DNA of 64,000 bases, taken from assembly GCA_947629445.1 (NCBI GenBank), contig CANRDU010000005.1, forward strand, positions 1,257-65,256, read 5' to 3'. Shown one piece after another: positions 27,101-36,200 of this stretch. The notes below the pieces were generated by a model. The model saw nothing but the letters and a program-made list of their open reading frames with translations. It was not told the DNA's origin and did not search any database. The DNA is from an uncultured Bacilli bacterium. GTDB lineage: Bacteria; Bacillota_I; Bacilli_A; RF39; UBA660. Numbering within the stretch: the first letter of the stretch is position 1; every line of letters starts with the position of its first letter. The translations under genes and the position numbers were made by a program.

Positions 27101-28668
27101 ATTCCCTTCATAATCTAAAAATTAGTAAAGAAGTAACAGGAAATCTTGGAGAAAAAGATAAAAAATGGACATTCAAAGTAACGTTAAAGCCAGAAGAAGA
27201 TGTTATTTTTGAAGAAAGTTACCATTATAGTGGTTCTAAAGAGGGAACATTGGGATTTAAAAAACAGAATGACGGAAGTTATATTGGAGAAATCACTTTA
27301 AAATCAGGAGAAACTATCACGATAGAGGATATCCCAGAAAGAACGAGTTATAAGGTAGAAGAGGTAGAAGCAAATCAAAATGGCTATATTACGCAAGTGA
27401 ATGGAAATACAACTGGAAAATTTAATAGTCAATCTATTGAAAGTTTACAATATGTAAATATTAGATATTCTCTTCACAATTTAAATATTCGTAAAGAGGT
27501 AGTTGGAAACTTAGGGGAAAAAGATAAAAACTGGACATTTAAAGTAACGTTAAAGCCAGAATCAGATGTTATTTTTGGTACAACTTATCGTTATAGTGGT
27601 TCTAAAGAAGGAACATTGGAATTTAAAAAACAAAATGATGGAAGCTATATCGGCGAAATCACTTTAAAATCAGGAGAAACTATCACGATAGAAGATATCC
27701 CAGAGAGAACGACTTATAAGGTAGAAGAGGTAGAAGCAAATCAAAATGGTTATATTACGCAAGTAACAGGAAATACAACTGGAAAATTCAATACTCAAAG
27801 TACAGAAAGCATATATTTTACCAACATCAAATATTCTCTCCATGATTTAAATATTCGTAAAGAGGTAGTTGGAAATCTAGGAGAGCAAGATAGAGACTTT
27901 GTGTTTAAAGTTACTTTAATCCCAGAAGCAGATGTTATATTTGGAACAACTTACCATTATAGTGGTTCTAAAGAGGGAATATTGAAATTAAAAAAGCAAG
28001 CGGATGGAAGTTATATCGGTGAAATCACTTTAAAATCAGGAGAAACTATTACAATCGAAAATATTCCAGAAAGAACAACCTATAAAGTCGAGGAAATAGG
28101 CGCAAATCAAGAAGGTTATATAACGAAAGCAACTAATGAATCTGGAAAATTAGAAGATGATATCACAGATGTATCTTTTGTCAATGCAAAATATACAACA
28201 AATAACTTAAGCATTGAAAAAATTGTTAGTGGAAATCTGGGATCTAATGCACAAAAGTGGACTTTTGAAATTACTTTGAAGCCAACACATGATGTTATGA
28301 TGAGTGAAAGTTACCACTATGTTGGTTCTAAAGAGGGAGATTTAATTTTTACGAAACATGATGATGGGACTTATACAAGTTCAGTAGTACTATCAGGTGG
28401 AGAAAAAATTACTATTCAAAATATTCCATATGGTACAGAGTATTCTGTTAAAGAATTAGAAGAAAATACAGATGGATATTTTACAAGTTATCAAAATGCT
28501 CAAGGAGTAATAACTGAAAACGAAATGATAGTATCCGTTGAGAATAATCGAGACGGAAATATCCCTAATACTAATGATGATATTAGGATACACATAATTC
28601 TACTATTGGTATCCCTTGTCAATATGGCAGCAGTAATTCGGTATTTACTTAAAGAGAAAGCATGTTAA
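21142..28668 (+). CDS. giant cell-surface adhesin: signal peptide, vWA domain, long beta-rich region, 10 pilin-type (isopeptide/CnaB-like) repeats, sorting-signal-like C-terminus
   Basis: TTG start with a GAGGTG RBS. Signal/TM KKCVLLLLVVSVFLL. MIDAS VIFVIDVSASMGG. Ten repeats of about 122 aa. C-terminal IPNTN plus hydrophobic helix plus KEK. Confidence 0.9.
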   Translation: MKKIKFSKRAIRKMKNISKKCVLLLLVVSVFLLEIEWGISTRIVGGIVSLLGGTSNSSEVQSILANSKSYVADNNTMDNYINFFNLANNSRAAGRVWADKTVSKGAITLDMATDGYDGTITNNSEFLHVYSLLGSSQVDNTTESIPMDVIFVIDVSASMGGSATSSTGKTKADSRIGKVVQSMNEGIDYLMKINGGQNRVGIVVYGSYAAELLPLGHYTANSGNEYITLTSDTGGDWRPGVGSTQHFKLGTNVKEISEAKEVTNCGSNTNPQSGIWMGLKQLFTAENTVYTTFTTKTKISRQPILLFFSDGGANAISKGEWYNPNDTGYGADGGSSNHNDDLHQTLFEANTDTNHSAENGSTAILQTLMTASYAKSRVEHHYAEEAQKAGISDAPVLDVYSFGIDTASIRALNTSNSGDRGAWATPRLNAIMDPSRYFQATDTYTYPNNMTSQAKASTENVIANAYSQWQNWINNQTASLQYHPGRSTSSLSTLEFPQLPSDNYNGVSKSDIIKNINFVPLDHFHEVESENLSTLFSEILQKFSSAWFKPVAGNNDAGFKEAVSYIDPVGKYMEVKDVRNVLLFGTLYNVKKDKIVYYTEQVDGQVTESETKPEQYSYSRQYYKIESSNNEIENPCYNLKEGGEKVTFKLSEIDIYVEKTNGHADTEIGKGIESDSHYDEALHINVPTNAIPLQVATIEVNTQGNVSSYTTNVNSPTMSTPLRVFYDVGIADEFLTEDRLDIDLGKLSEEYIEANKDSNGDLYFYSNWYVKDKKYEGYSTAGPQEYGDTVVSFSPSIDNRFYVFQRALPLYEMSNPSERYSEIDLEDEATYQAWINSHQQITDPSKINSDSWYYIVIDYYKAGSSKPVHVAVARKGNEFGSAIAGDDVKSGEYLCWYSAQANDWEPYSSTKPSKDGINDWVVATKPGGIRVGNMANSIQVKSTNPTRTSRNYYVPTISNSTKPGDQAQIVINNYLGNNGRLSISDATLMLTKEVTSSTTNIPKEEFNYTLNVETKEGDFKAILLRKHEEHWDYLFDNVTVMLDTEGFLLSHSGNRVETTYNGKTVYMKYSGNQDIQNQSVLATEKDGDIQEFEVPVKYYEKVGYADADDKPITDTIFQAVVWKTAVGESENGESNQYADLYWTNSTFKTVDIKFGYSEETKARLGNKPDGWTDEEWNLPAHTAKIKIKGNEGILINGITVGAKYTVEEEETTENNDHGFYFEKVEGSTINGLQIEGKKASGTISSNVRDEVHYTNRYISPVDLTITKTIRGEEGDRNRDWQFTLTLTPPAGKTLETSYNYTGTRSGTLNFTKNQSGTYTATFTLKDSETITIQDLPNGTEYDVEENGANQEGYVTTFTNNKGTLTEDKTVAFYNTKYSLHNLIISKQVTGDLGETNKDFTFVVTLTPASDVSLNSTYHYTGSKNGDMTFNRQEDGSYTGEITLKSGETITIENIPERTTYKVEETEANKDGYITQVDGNATGTFANQKDETITFTNIKYSLHKLKISKEVTGNQGEKEREWTFKVTLTPDEGVIFGTTYHYTGSKNGDVTFNRQEDGSYTGEITLKSGETITIEGIPERTSYQVEELKANQDGYITKTQGNPTGKFTNQEEEVIQFINTKYSLHNLKISKEVVGNWGEQTKDWKFKITLTPEEDVIFEESYHYSGSKEGTLEFTKQGDESYVGEITLKSGETITIEGIPERTSYQVEEVEANQDGYTTKTQGHSTGKFTNQEEESIQFTNTKYSLHDLKISKQVAGDLGERNKDFTFVVTLTPAIDVSLNQTYHYTGSKEGTIEFKKQENASYIGKITLKSGETITIEDIPERTTYKVEEVEANQNGYITQVNGNATGTFTSQNEETITFTNTKYSLHKLSISKEVIGNQGEKEKDWTFKVTLKPEEDVIFGTTYRYSGSKEGTLEFTKQGDGSYIGEITLKSGESVAIEGIPERTTYKVEEVEANQDGYITQVNGNATGKFDSQSGENIKFTNIRYSLHNLKISKEVTGNLGEKDKKWTFKVTLKPEEDVIFEESYHYSGSKEGTLGFKKQNDGSYIGEITLKSGETITIEDIPERTSYKVEEVEANQNGYITQVNGNTTGKFNSQSIESLQYVNIRYSLHNLNIRKEVVGNLGEKDKNWTFKVTLKPESDVIFGTTYRYSGSKEGTLEFKKQNDGSYIGEITLKSGETITIEDIPERTTYKVEEVEANQNGYITQVTGNTTGKFNTQSTESIYFTNIKYSLHDLNIRKEVVGNLGEQDRDFVFKVTLIPEADVIFGTTYHYSGSKEGILKLKKQADGSYIGEITLKSGETITIENIPERTTYKVEEIGANQEGYITKATNESGKLEDDITDVSFVNAKYTTNNLSIEKIVSGNLGSNAQKWTFEITLKPTHDVMMSESYHYVGSKEGDLIFTKHDDGTYTSSVVLSGGEKITIQNIPYGTEYSVKELEENTDGYFTSYQNAQGVITENEMIVSVENNRDGNIPNTNDDIRIHIILLLVSLVNMAAVIRYLLKEKAC
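24901..28548 (+). repeat. 10-unit in-frame tandem array (units 2-8 exactly 366 bp)
   Basis: Unit starts (K/R-Y-S-L-H) at 25267, 25633, 25999, 26365, 26731, 27097, 27463, 27829. Unit 9 is 360 bp. Units 1 and 10 are divergent. Confidence 0.9.
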
Positions 28669-28671
28669 AAG

Positions 28672-28703
28672 GTTATGGACAAAAAGTTCATAACTTTTTT
28701 TGA
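28672..28703 (+). terminator. intrinsic terminator of the surface-protein gene
   Basis: 9-bp stem GTTATGGAC / GTTCATAAC (one G-U pair), loop AAAAA, then T7. Confidence 0.75.
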
Positions 28704-28728
28704 CTTCCTTCTAAGTTTATGTTATGAT
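28700..28728 (+). promoter_or_regulatory. promoter for the 28773 gene
   Basis: TTGACT, 17-nt spacer ending in TGT, TATGAT. Confidence 0.55.
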
Positions 28729-28772
28729 GTTCCAATACATATTTTAAAAGGGAGAAACAAAAGAGGGACAGT

Positions 28773-29009
28773 ATGAATGAGATAGATTATGAAAAAAGAT
28801 TTTTAAAGCCTCGCAAACATGGCTTATGGCTTTCAGACGAGGAAGTAGACATTCTAAATAAGTATAGTATTCCCTATCAAGATTGTTATCAAATGACAGA
28901 ATTGTTGTATTATATTGATAGATTGTTAGAGGAAGAAGATATTGTGGAATTAGATGTTTTGGCTACTTCTCTTGCCGAACGTAATTATTATCAAAATACA
29001 AATAAGTAG
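28773..29009 (+). CDS. hypothetical small acidic protein
   Basis: 78-aa ORF with an AAGAGGGA RBS. Confidence 0.5.
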   Translation: MNEIDYEKRFLKPRKHGLWLSDEEVDILNKYSIPYQDCYQMTELLYYIDRLLEEEDIVELDVLATSLAERNYYQNTNK

Positions 29010-29016
29010 GTGAATT

Positions 29017-30153
29017 ATGTTTCAAGGAAAATTATATGAATATGATGGACAAATGGTTTCTATTAAAGTAATTGCTGGAAAGGTACATCTAGCACCTTCT
29101 ACTATTTATCGGTATTTAAATAAAGGATTGACACTTGATCAGGCTATTCATGAGGGAATCATTCAATCTTCCAAGTTATTTCAAAATCGTACAAAGACAA
29201 ATAACATGATTGCACAAAAATACCCTTGGAAGGGAGGAGAGTATACGGTTGCTGAAATAGCCGATATGGAAGGAATTTCGAGGGAACCAATTTATCGAAG
29301 ATTAAAGGATGGAGTTTCCTTAACAGAGGCGGTGTCGTCTATTAAAAGCCATGTTTCTGATAAATATCCTTTTATGCATAAAATGGTATCGCTATATCGT
29401 ATTTCTCTTATTACGGGTGTGCCGAAATCCTATCTTATGAAATATTTGACGAAAGATAGGGAGTATAAAGAAGAAGAGGTAATGTCGATTGTTGATTCTT
29501 ATCAAAAACCACCAATATTAATGGTTGGGAGTGAGAGTTTAGTCCGTTATTGCATTAATCATCAAATTAATTATAATGTCATTTATTATTTAATAAAAAG
29601 CCGTTCTATGACGGTAGAGAATGCTATCTCTTACTATCAAGTTCATGGTCAAGGAAAAGGATTGCGATATCAATTTGTCTTAGGAGAAGTACTACTTTAT
29701 CATTTTCTCATTTTGGAAAAGATTGATAGCCGATATACCTCAGATCGTATGAACAAGGGAGATTCCGAAATAGAAGCTATTCAAGCTGCCGTTTTTTTGA
29801 GTAAAGAAGATTATAAGACGAGAAATGAACGCATGAAACTTTATCGCCTCTATCAACAATACGGGATAGATGCTATTTTGCAAATTCCCTTAGAAGAAGA
29901 GGACCAAAATTTTATCCGAGAGAAGCATGAAAGAATAGAGAAAGTTCTCTATGATTATCGTATCTTTGAAGTTATGGAACTTCTTCCTACTGCTCAAAGT
30001 GAAGAAGAACGAAAATATTTGTTAGACTCTGTAGGTCTTACCCTCGAAGATATTTTAGAGAAGAATGAACAATTATTAACACAATTTGAGGAAATTCATT
30101 CTCGCAAAGAAAATGAACAAATTCGTTATATATGGAAGGGATATCAAGCATAG
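29017..30153 (+). CDS. protein with about five tandem degenerate HTH-like modules
   Basis: Repeating pattern Y..G...S...IA...G(I/V)s...(I/L)YR(Y/R)L..G.(S/T)L..A(I/V), for example VSIKVIAGKVHLAPSTIYRYLNKGLTLDQAI and YTVAEIADMEGISREPIYRRLKDGVSLTEAV. Confidence 0.5.
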   Translation: MFQGKLYEYDGQMVSIKVIAGKVHLAPSTIYRYLNKGLTLDQAIHEGIIQSSKLFQNRTKTNNMIAQKYPWKGGEYTVAEIADMEGISREPIYRRLKDGVSLTEAVSSIKSHVSDKYPFMHKMVSLYRISLITGVPKSYLMKYLTKDREYKEEEVMSIVDSYQKPPILMVGSESLVRYCINHQINYNVIYYLIKSRSMTVENAISYYQVHGQGKGLRYQFVLGEVLLYHFLILEKIDSRYTSDRMNKGDSEIEAIQAAVFLSKEDYKTRNERMKLYRLYQQYGIDAILQIPLEEEDQNFIREKHERIEKVLYDYRIFEVMELLPTAQSEEERKYLLDSVGLTLEDILEKNEQLLTQFEEIHSRKENEQIRYIWKGYQA

Positions 30154-30184
30154 GGAGATGTCTCTTCTTTTTTGTTCTATTTTT

Positions 30185-30193
30185 TGGTATAAT
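30185..30193 (+). promoter_or_regulatory. extended -10 (TGGTATAAT) upstream of the glucan-synthase-like gene
   Basis: TGn-TATAAT located 37 nt upstream of ATG 30230. Confidence 0.5.
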
Positions 30194-30229
30194 GAAATGG
30201 GAAAATATTTTGGGATAGGAGGAATCAAG

Positions 30230-33200
30230 ATGAGAAAATATCAAAAAAATTTTAATAAAAATAAGAAAATTATTGCTTCCTATTATAATACATTGACAAG
30301 TTTGACACAGGATCATTACTATATTGGCACTGTGAATGAGTGGATTGTTGACAACTACTATTTGTTAGTTGAACAAGAAAAGAACGCTAAAAATTTCTTA
30401 AAAAATAGAAAGGCATATCGTCATGCTTTTCGTGGAGAAGTCAATCTATTTGAAATGATGCGGAAAGTTTTAAAACGTAATAAGTTTAAAATAGATATAG
30501 ATACTTTGATTAAAGAGTTGAATCGTTATCAGGATAATTTTAACCATAATTTTACTTATCATGAAATTAATGCTATAGGGATAGTGACTTATCTAGTATT
30601 GATGGATGAACTAGTGAAGGTATGCAAAAAAGAAGAAGAAAAATTAAAAGAAGAGTTTGCTGTAAAAGAACTCATTGAAGCGATTGAAAATGACATTCAT
30701 AAGTATCATGAAGTAAATTTACAAGATTATATTAATCTCGACGAAAATATTGTCCATAGACCAGTCTACTTAGAACGTTTAAATGCTGGGTTAAAAGAAT
30801 TGGGACAATTATCTAATGAAGTGTTTAAACAACTAAATGAGATATTAGATAGAAAACAAATTAATTTAAATGAGTTAATTGAAAATGTTTATCAGGAGTC
30901 TGCCCAAACAAATATGTTAGTATCTAACATTTTCAATAGTATTGTAAAAATTAATAAGATTGAAATCGAAGTTCTTTATCGTAAGGTAAGTAAAACAGAG
31001 TATGTATTATTGATGGATTCTTACTATGGTCAGATGACGAAAGAAACAAAGGCATACTATCGGCAAAGAGTATTAGAATGTGCGAATAAAAAACATATTT
31101 CAGAATATGAGTATGTCAAAGAATTGATTGCTGTTGCAACGAAAGAAAATAAACATATTGGTTTTTATTTACAAAAAAGAGAGCCAGTACAGGCAAGAGC
31201 GGTTATCTATGTATTGTTGGTTGCTTTTTTGACATTTGCTTTATCTATCTTTTTAGCTCAATTTTTTATTGGAATGAAGATATTAGGAACCCTTGTTTTA
31301 CTAGTACCTGTTAGTGAGATAGTAATAGAGATTTTAAATAGATGTTATTTAAAATTTTATGGACCGACACCCATCCCAAAATTAGATTTTAGTGATGGTA
31401 TTCCTAAGAGTGCTGCTACGATGACCGTTATTGTTACGATTGTGAAAACAGTAGAAAAAGTAGAGAAGATGTTTGATACATTAGAGTCCTATTATCTAGC
31501 AAATAAATCAGATAATTTATATTTTACACTGCTAGGAGATTGCTCTTCTTCTGATCATCAAATTGAACCATTCGATGATGAAATCTTAGAAGCAGGGAAG
31601 AAAAGAGCTGAGAAGTTAAATCAAAAATATGGAAAAGACATTTTTTATTTTGCTTATCGTAAAAGAGTATTTAATGAATCAGAAGGTGAATGGTTAGGAC
31701 ATGAGAGAAAAAGAGGAGCATTAGAACATTTCAATCGTTTGCTATTAGGAAAATTACCAGAAGCAGAACAACGACAATATTACATGGGACATACCTTTGC
31801 TAACTTCGATAAAAAAATTAAGTATGTAATTACTTTAGATCAAGATACACAACTTATTTTAGGGGCAGCTTTCTCTTTAGTAGGAGCAATGGCCCATCCT
31901 TTAAATCGACCAGTACTGAATGAAGAACATACGAAAGTTATCAAGGGTTATGGAATTATGCAACCTCGTGTAAGTGTTGATGTTGAATCTACTAATCAAT
32001 CTCTTTATACGCAAATATATGCAGGTATTGGGGGATATGATATCTATAATAAAGTAGTTCCTAATTTTTATCAGGATGTCTTTAAAGAAGGTAGTTTCTG
32101 GGGCAAAGGTATTTATGACTTAGAAGTATTTGATCAAGTTTTAACAGGATTATTTCCAAATAATCAAATTCTTAGTCACGATTTATTAGAGGGTAACTAC
32201 ATTCGTTGTGCCTTTTTATCCGATGTTGAGGTAATTGATGATTTTCCTTCTACCTTTTTAGTAGATTCTACACGAAGACATAGATGGGCAAGGGGAGATA
32301 TGCAAATTGCAAGTTGGTTAAATCCAAAGAAATCTCCACTTACTTTAATAGAACGTTGGAAAATATTTGATAATATTAGAAGAGGATTATTAGATGCATC
32401 TTTACTTTTGGTATTAATTTTGGCTTTTCTATTTGGAACTTCTCTTCCGGCATGGTGGATTTTGTTTGTAACGGCTGTTTTAATTTTACCAATTTTATTC
32501 TACATTAAAGATAAATTAAAAATTCAAAAAGAACGTACTTTAAAAATAAAGCATTATCAAAATATAGCTTATGGATTTAAAGCTGTATTCATTCGAACTT
32601 TTTCTATTTTTAGTGCATTACCATACAATGCGAAATTATATTTAGATGCTTTTATTCGAGCTTGGTATCGTCTTCATGTTAGTCATAAACATTTACTTGC
32701 TTGGATTACAGCAGATGATGCTAGTAAAAATACGAAAAATACCTTTATTTCTTACTTAGTAAATTTTAAAGTAAATTATTTTGTATCGGCTATTCTTATC
32801 GTTCTTGTTTATATCTTTAGAAGGGAATATAGTTCTTTAGCGTTTGCGATTAGTTTAGTTTTCTTTATCAGTAGTCTTATATTTTATCTCATTAGTAAAG
32901 ATATTGTTCGTAACAGTAAGAAACTTGCGAAGAAAGAAACGGATGATTTAAGACAAATTGCCAAAGATACATGGGATTTTTATGAAACCTTTTTGACCGA
33001 AGAAAACAATTATCTCATTATTGATAATTATCAGTTAAATAGGGAAATTAAGGAGGATGTAAAAACATCTCCAACTAATATTGGTTTTTCTCTTATGGCT
33101 GCTATTAGTGCGGCTGAATTAAAATTTATTTCTTATGAAGAAGCAGTATATACGATTGAAAAAATCATTGAAACAGTAGAAAGATTAGAAAAATGGCATG

Positions 33201-36200
33201 GACATTTATATAATTGGTATAATGTAAAAACATTAGAAAGAATGTGGCCACCAACGATTTCTACGGTAGATAGTGGAAACTTTGTTGCTTCCTTAATGGT
33301 TACGAAATCCTTTATCAAAAAATATGGAAATGAAAATTTAAAAAATCGTATTGAAAATTTAATTCGTCAAACAAACTTTAAATATTTATTCAACAAGAAT
33401 GAAATGGTATTTAGTTGTGGATACGATGCTTATAGTGAACAACTGATTCCTTTTCACTATAATAAATTTGCAAGTGAATCTAGATTAACAAGCTTTGTTG
33501 CTATCGCCAAAGGGGATGTCAAAAAGAGTCACTGGTTCTTACTGGATAAAACACTAACTACTTATCAAGGAAGAAAAGGATTATTATCGTGGTCTGGAAC
33601 TTCTTTTGAGTATTTTATGCCTTTAATTTGGATGAAAGCATATCCAAATACTCTTATGGATGAAAGTTATTATTTTGCTCATTACTGTCAGAAAGAGTAT
33701 ATGCGTTCTATTGATAGCGAAATGCCATGGGGAATTAGTGAAGCAGCATACAATTTACTGGATGATTCCCAGAATTATAAGTACAAAGCTTTTGGAACGC
33801 CTTATCTAAAATTTAGAGATAATTCAGAAGAGAGAATTGTACTTTCTCCTTATGGTTCTGTATTAGCCATTACGGAGTTTCCAAGAGATGTTTATCATAA
33901 CATCCAGAAATTTAAAAAATTAAAAATGTATGGTCAATTTGGATTTTTTGAATCCTATGATTATGAAGATAAAACTCCTATTTTCTCTTATTTTGCACAT
34001 CATCAAGGAATGATATTGTGTTCTCTTACCAATTATCTAGCAGGGAATGCTATTCAAAATTATTTCTATGATGATATACGGGTTCAATCTTTTGATGTAT
34101 TGAATAAAGAAAAAGTTCAAATTGAACCAATGATTGATTTGAAGATTGTTAAGTATAAGAAATATGATTATGAGAAAGAAATCTTTGAGAATGATATTCG
34201 TGAATACTCTTACTTATCGCAAAGACCAGAGGTTTCGGTTTTATCGAATTCCCGTTATTGCATTCTCTTAAATGATAGAGGAGCAGGCTTTAGTAGATAT
34301 AAAACGATTCAGTTAAATCGTTATCGCAAAATTACAGAACAGGAATACGGTAATTTCTTATACATTCGTGATTTAGAAAATAATAAAGTTTGGAGTAATA
34401 CTTATGTTCCTACGAATGTAAAACCAGATCGTTATCATGTTGTTTTCGCACTTGACCGTATTCGGTATATGAGGGTGGATAATGACATTGTAACAAATTC
34501 TGAAATTATCGTTACAAAGAGACATAATGCGGAAATTAGAAAAATTAGTTTCCGAAATGTATCTTCTAAAACGAAAAAACTGGAATTAACGACATACACT
34601 GAACCAATTCTATGTGAGAGAGATGCGGATATTGGACATCGTGTATTTAATAATTTATTTGTAAAATCTATGTATGATAATGATACGAATTCCCTTATTT
34701 TAAGTCGTCGTATCCGTGGCACTAGAGATCGTTTCTATATGGTTAATAGATTATGGATTGAAAAGCCATTAGATGACTATAGTTATGAAACGGAAAGAAG
34801 TCATTTTATTGATAAGGAAAATGGATATCATAATCCTTTAGGTCTTCATAAAAAGTTAAGCAATTATGTAGGGGAAAATATTGATCCGATTGCTAGTATT
34901 CGTAATCGTATTGAGATTCCTCCTCAAAAAGAAGTAACGATTTATATGATTAGTGGCTTTGGAAAATCAGAAGAGCAGGTATTATCGATAGTAAATGCTT
35001 ATGCCAATGAAGAAATGATTGAGGAAGCTTTCTCTCTTGCAACGATTATGGTAAATTCTGCTACTAAAAAATTAGGAGTTACGGGTTCTGATGTTCACCT
35101 ATATAACACCATGTTAAATTATCTATATCAGACTAGTCGTATCAACTTAAACGATACTAGAAAAAAACTTCTATCTCAAAATTCTTTAGGTCAAGATACT
35201 CTATGGAGTTTTGGTATTAGTGGAGATAGACCGATTATCCTAGTAGAGATGAATGATATCAGTTCTGTTTCCCTTGCTCAAGAACTTTTAAAAGCATTTG
35301 AATATTATAAGAGTAAATGTATATTTGTTGATCTTGTTATTATTAATAGTGAGGATAAAGCTTCTTCCAAAACGATTGCTAAAATTGTAAATGATGAACT
35401 TTATCGTATGTATGCTGTTAACAGTTTCTCAAATACCCCAGGACGGGTGGTATTAATTGAGAAAAGTAAAATGACAGAGGATCAGTTAAATTTATTTAGA
35501 AGTATTGCTCGTCTTTCTTTTAATACGATTTATAATAACTCTTTAAGAGAACAGATTGATATATTACAAAGAGAAAATCAAATTAATGATTACGAAGAAA
35601 AAGAATATTTAACAAGTGAAAATACCAATACGGATGAAGAACTCATCTATGATAATGGGTATGGTGGATTTACAAAAGATGGAAAAGAGTATCATATCAC
35701 CAATCCAAATACACCTCTTCCATGGTCAAATGTTTTAACGAATGGTTCATTTGGTAGTATTATTACGAACAATGATAATGGCTTTACCTATGCCCATAAC
35801 AGTCGTGAATATAAAATTACGAGTTGGACAAATGATACTTTAGTAGATGATAAATCAGAGGGAATTAAAATTAATGACCGTCAAGTCAATTGGTATGATG
35901 CGATTCATGGCATTGGCTATAGTACGTTTAAATTTAAAAACAAAGAAATGAAGATGGAAGTTACCTACTTTGTTCCTCCTGATGAGAATGTAAAAATTGC
36001 TATTTACACTATTAAAAATATTGCTAATAAAGATTTAGATTTAGATATTTGTTATTGGATAAATCCTGTATTAGGGGTATCTGAAGAAAAGACAGTAAGG
36101 CATCTTGTTTGCAATCATTATGAATTGAATAATTTCTTGACCATTCAAAATAAGTATGCAATGAATTTTAAAGATAATATTGTCTACATGACTAGTACCG

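Noticed and set aside
24901-28548. Regular 366-bp repeats considered as a possible CRISPR or satellite array
   Set aside because: The repeats are in-frame coding units of one long ORF. They have no spacer/repeat alternation, and the period is far too long for CRISPR.
30086-30229. Upstream ATG (30086) given by the ORF track for the glucan-synthase-like gene
   Set aside because: It overlaps the preceding gene and contains the TGGTATAAT -10 element. ATG 30230 has a perfect AGGAGG RBS, and the upstream 48 residues are not protein-like.
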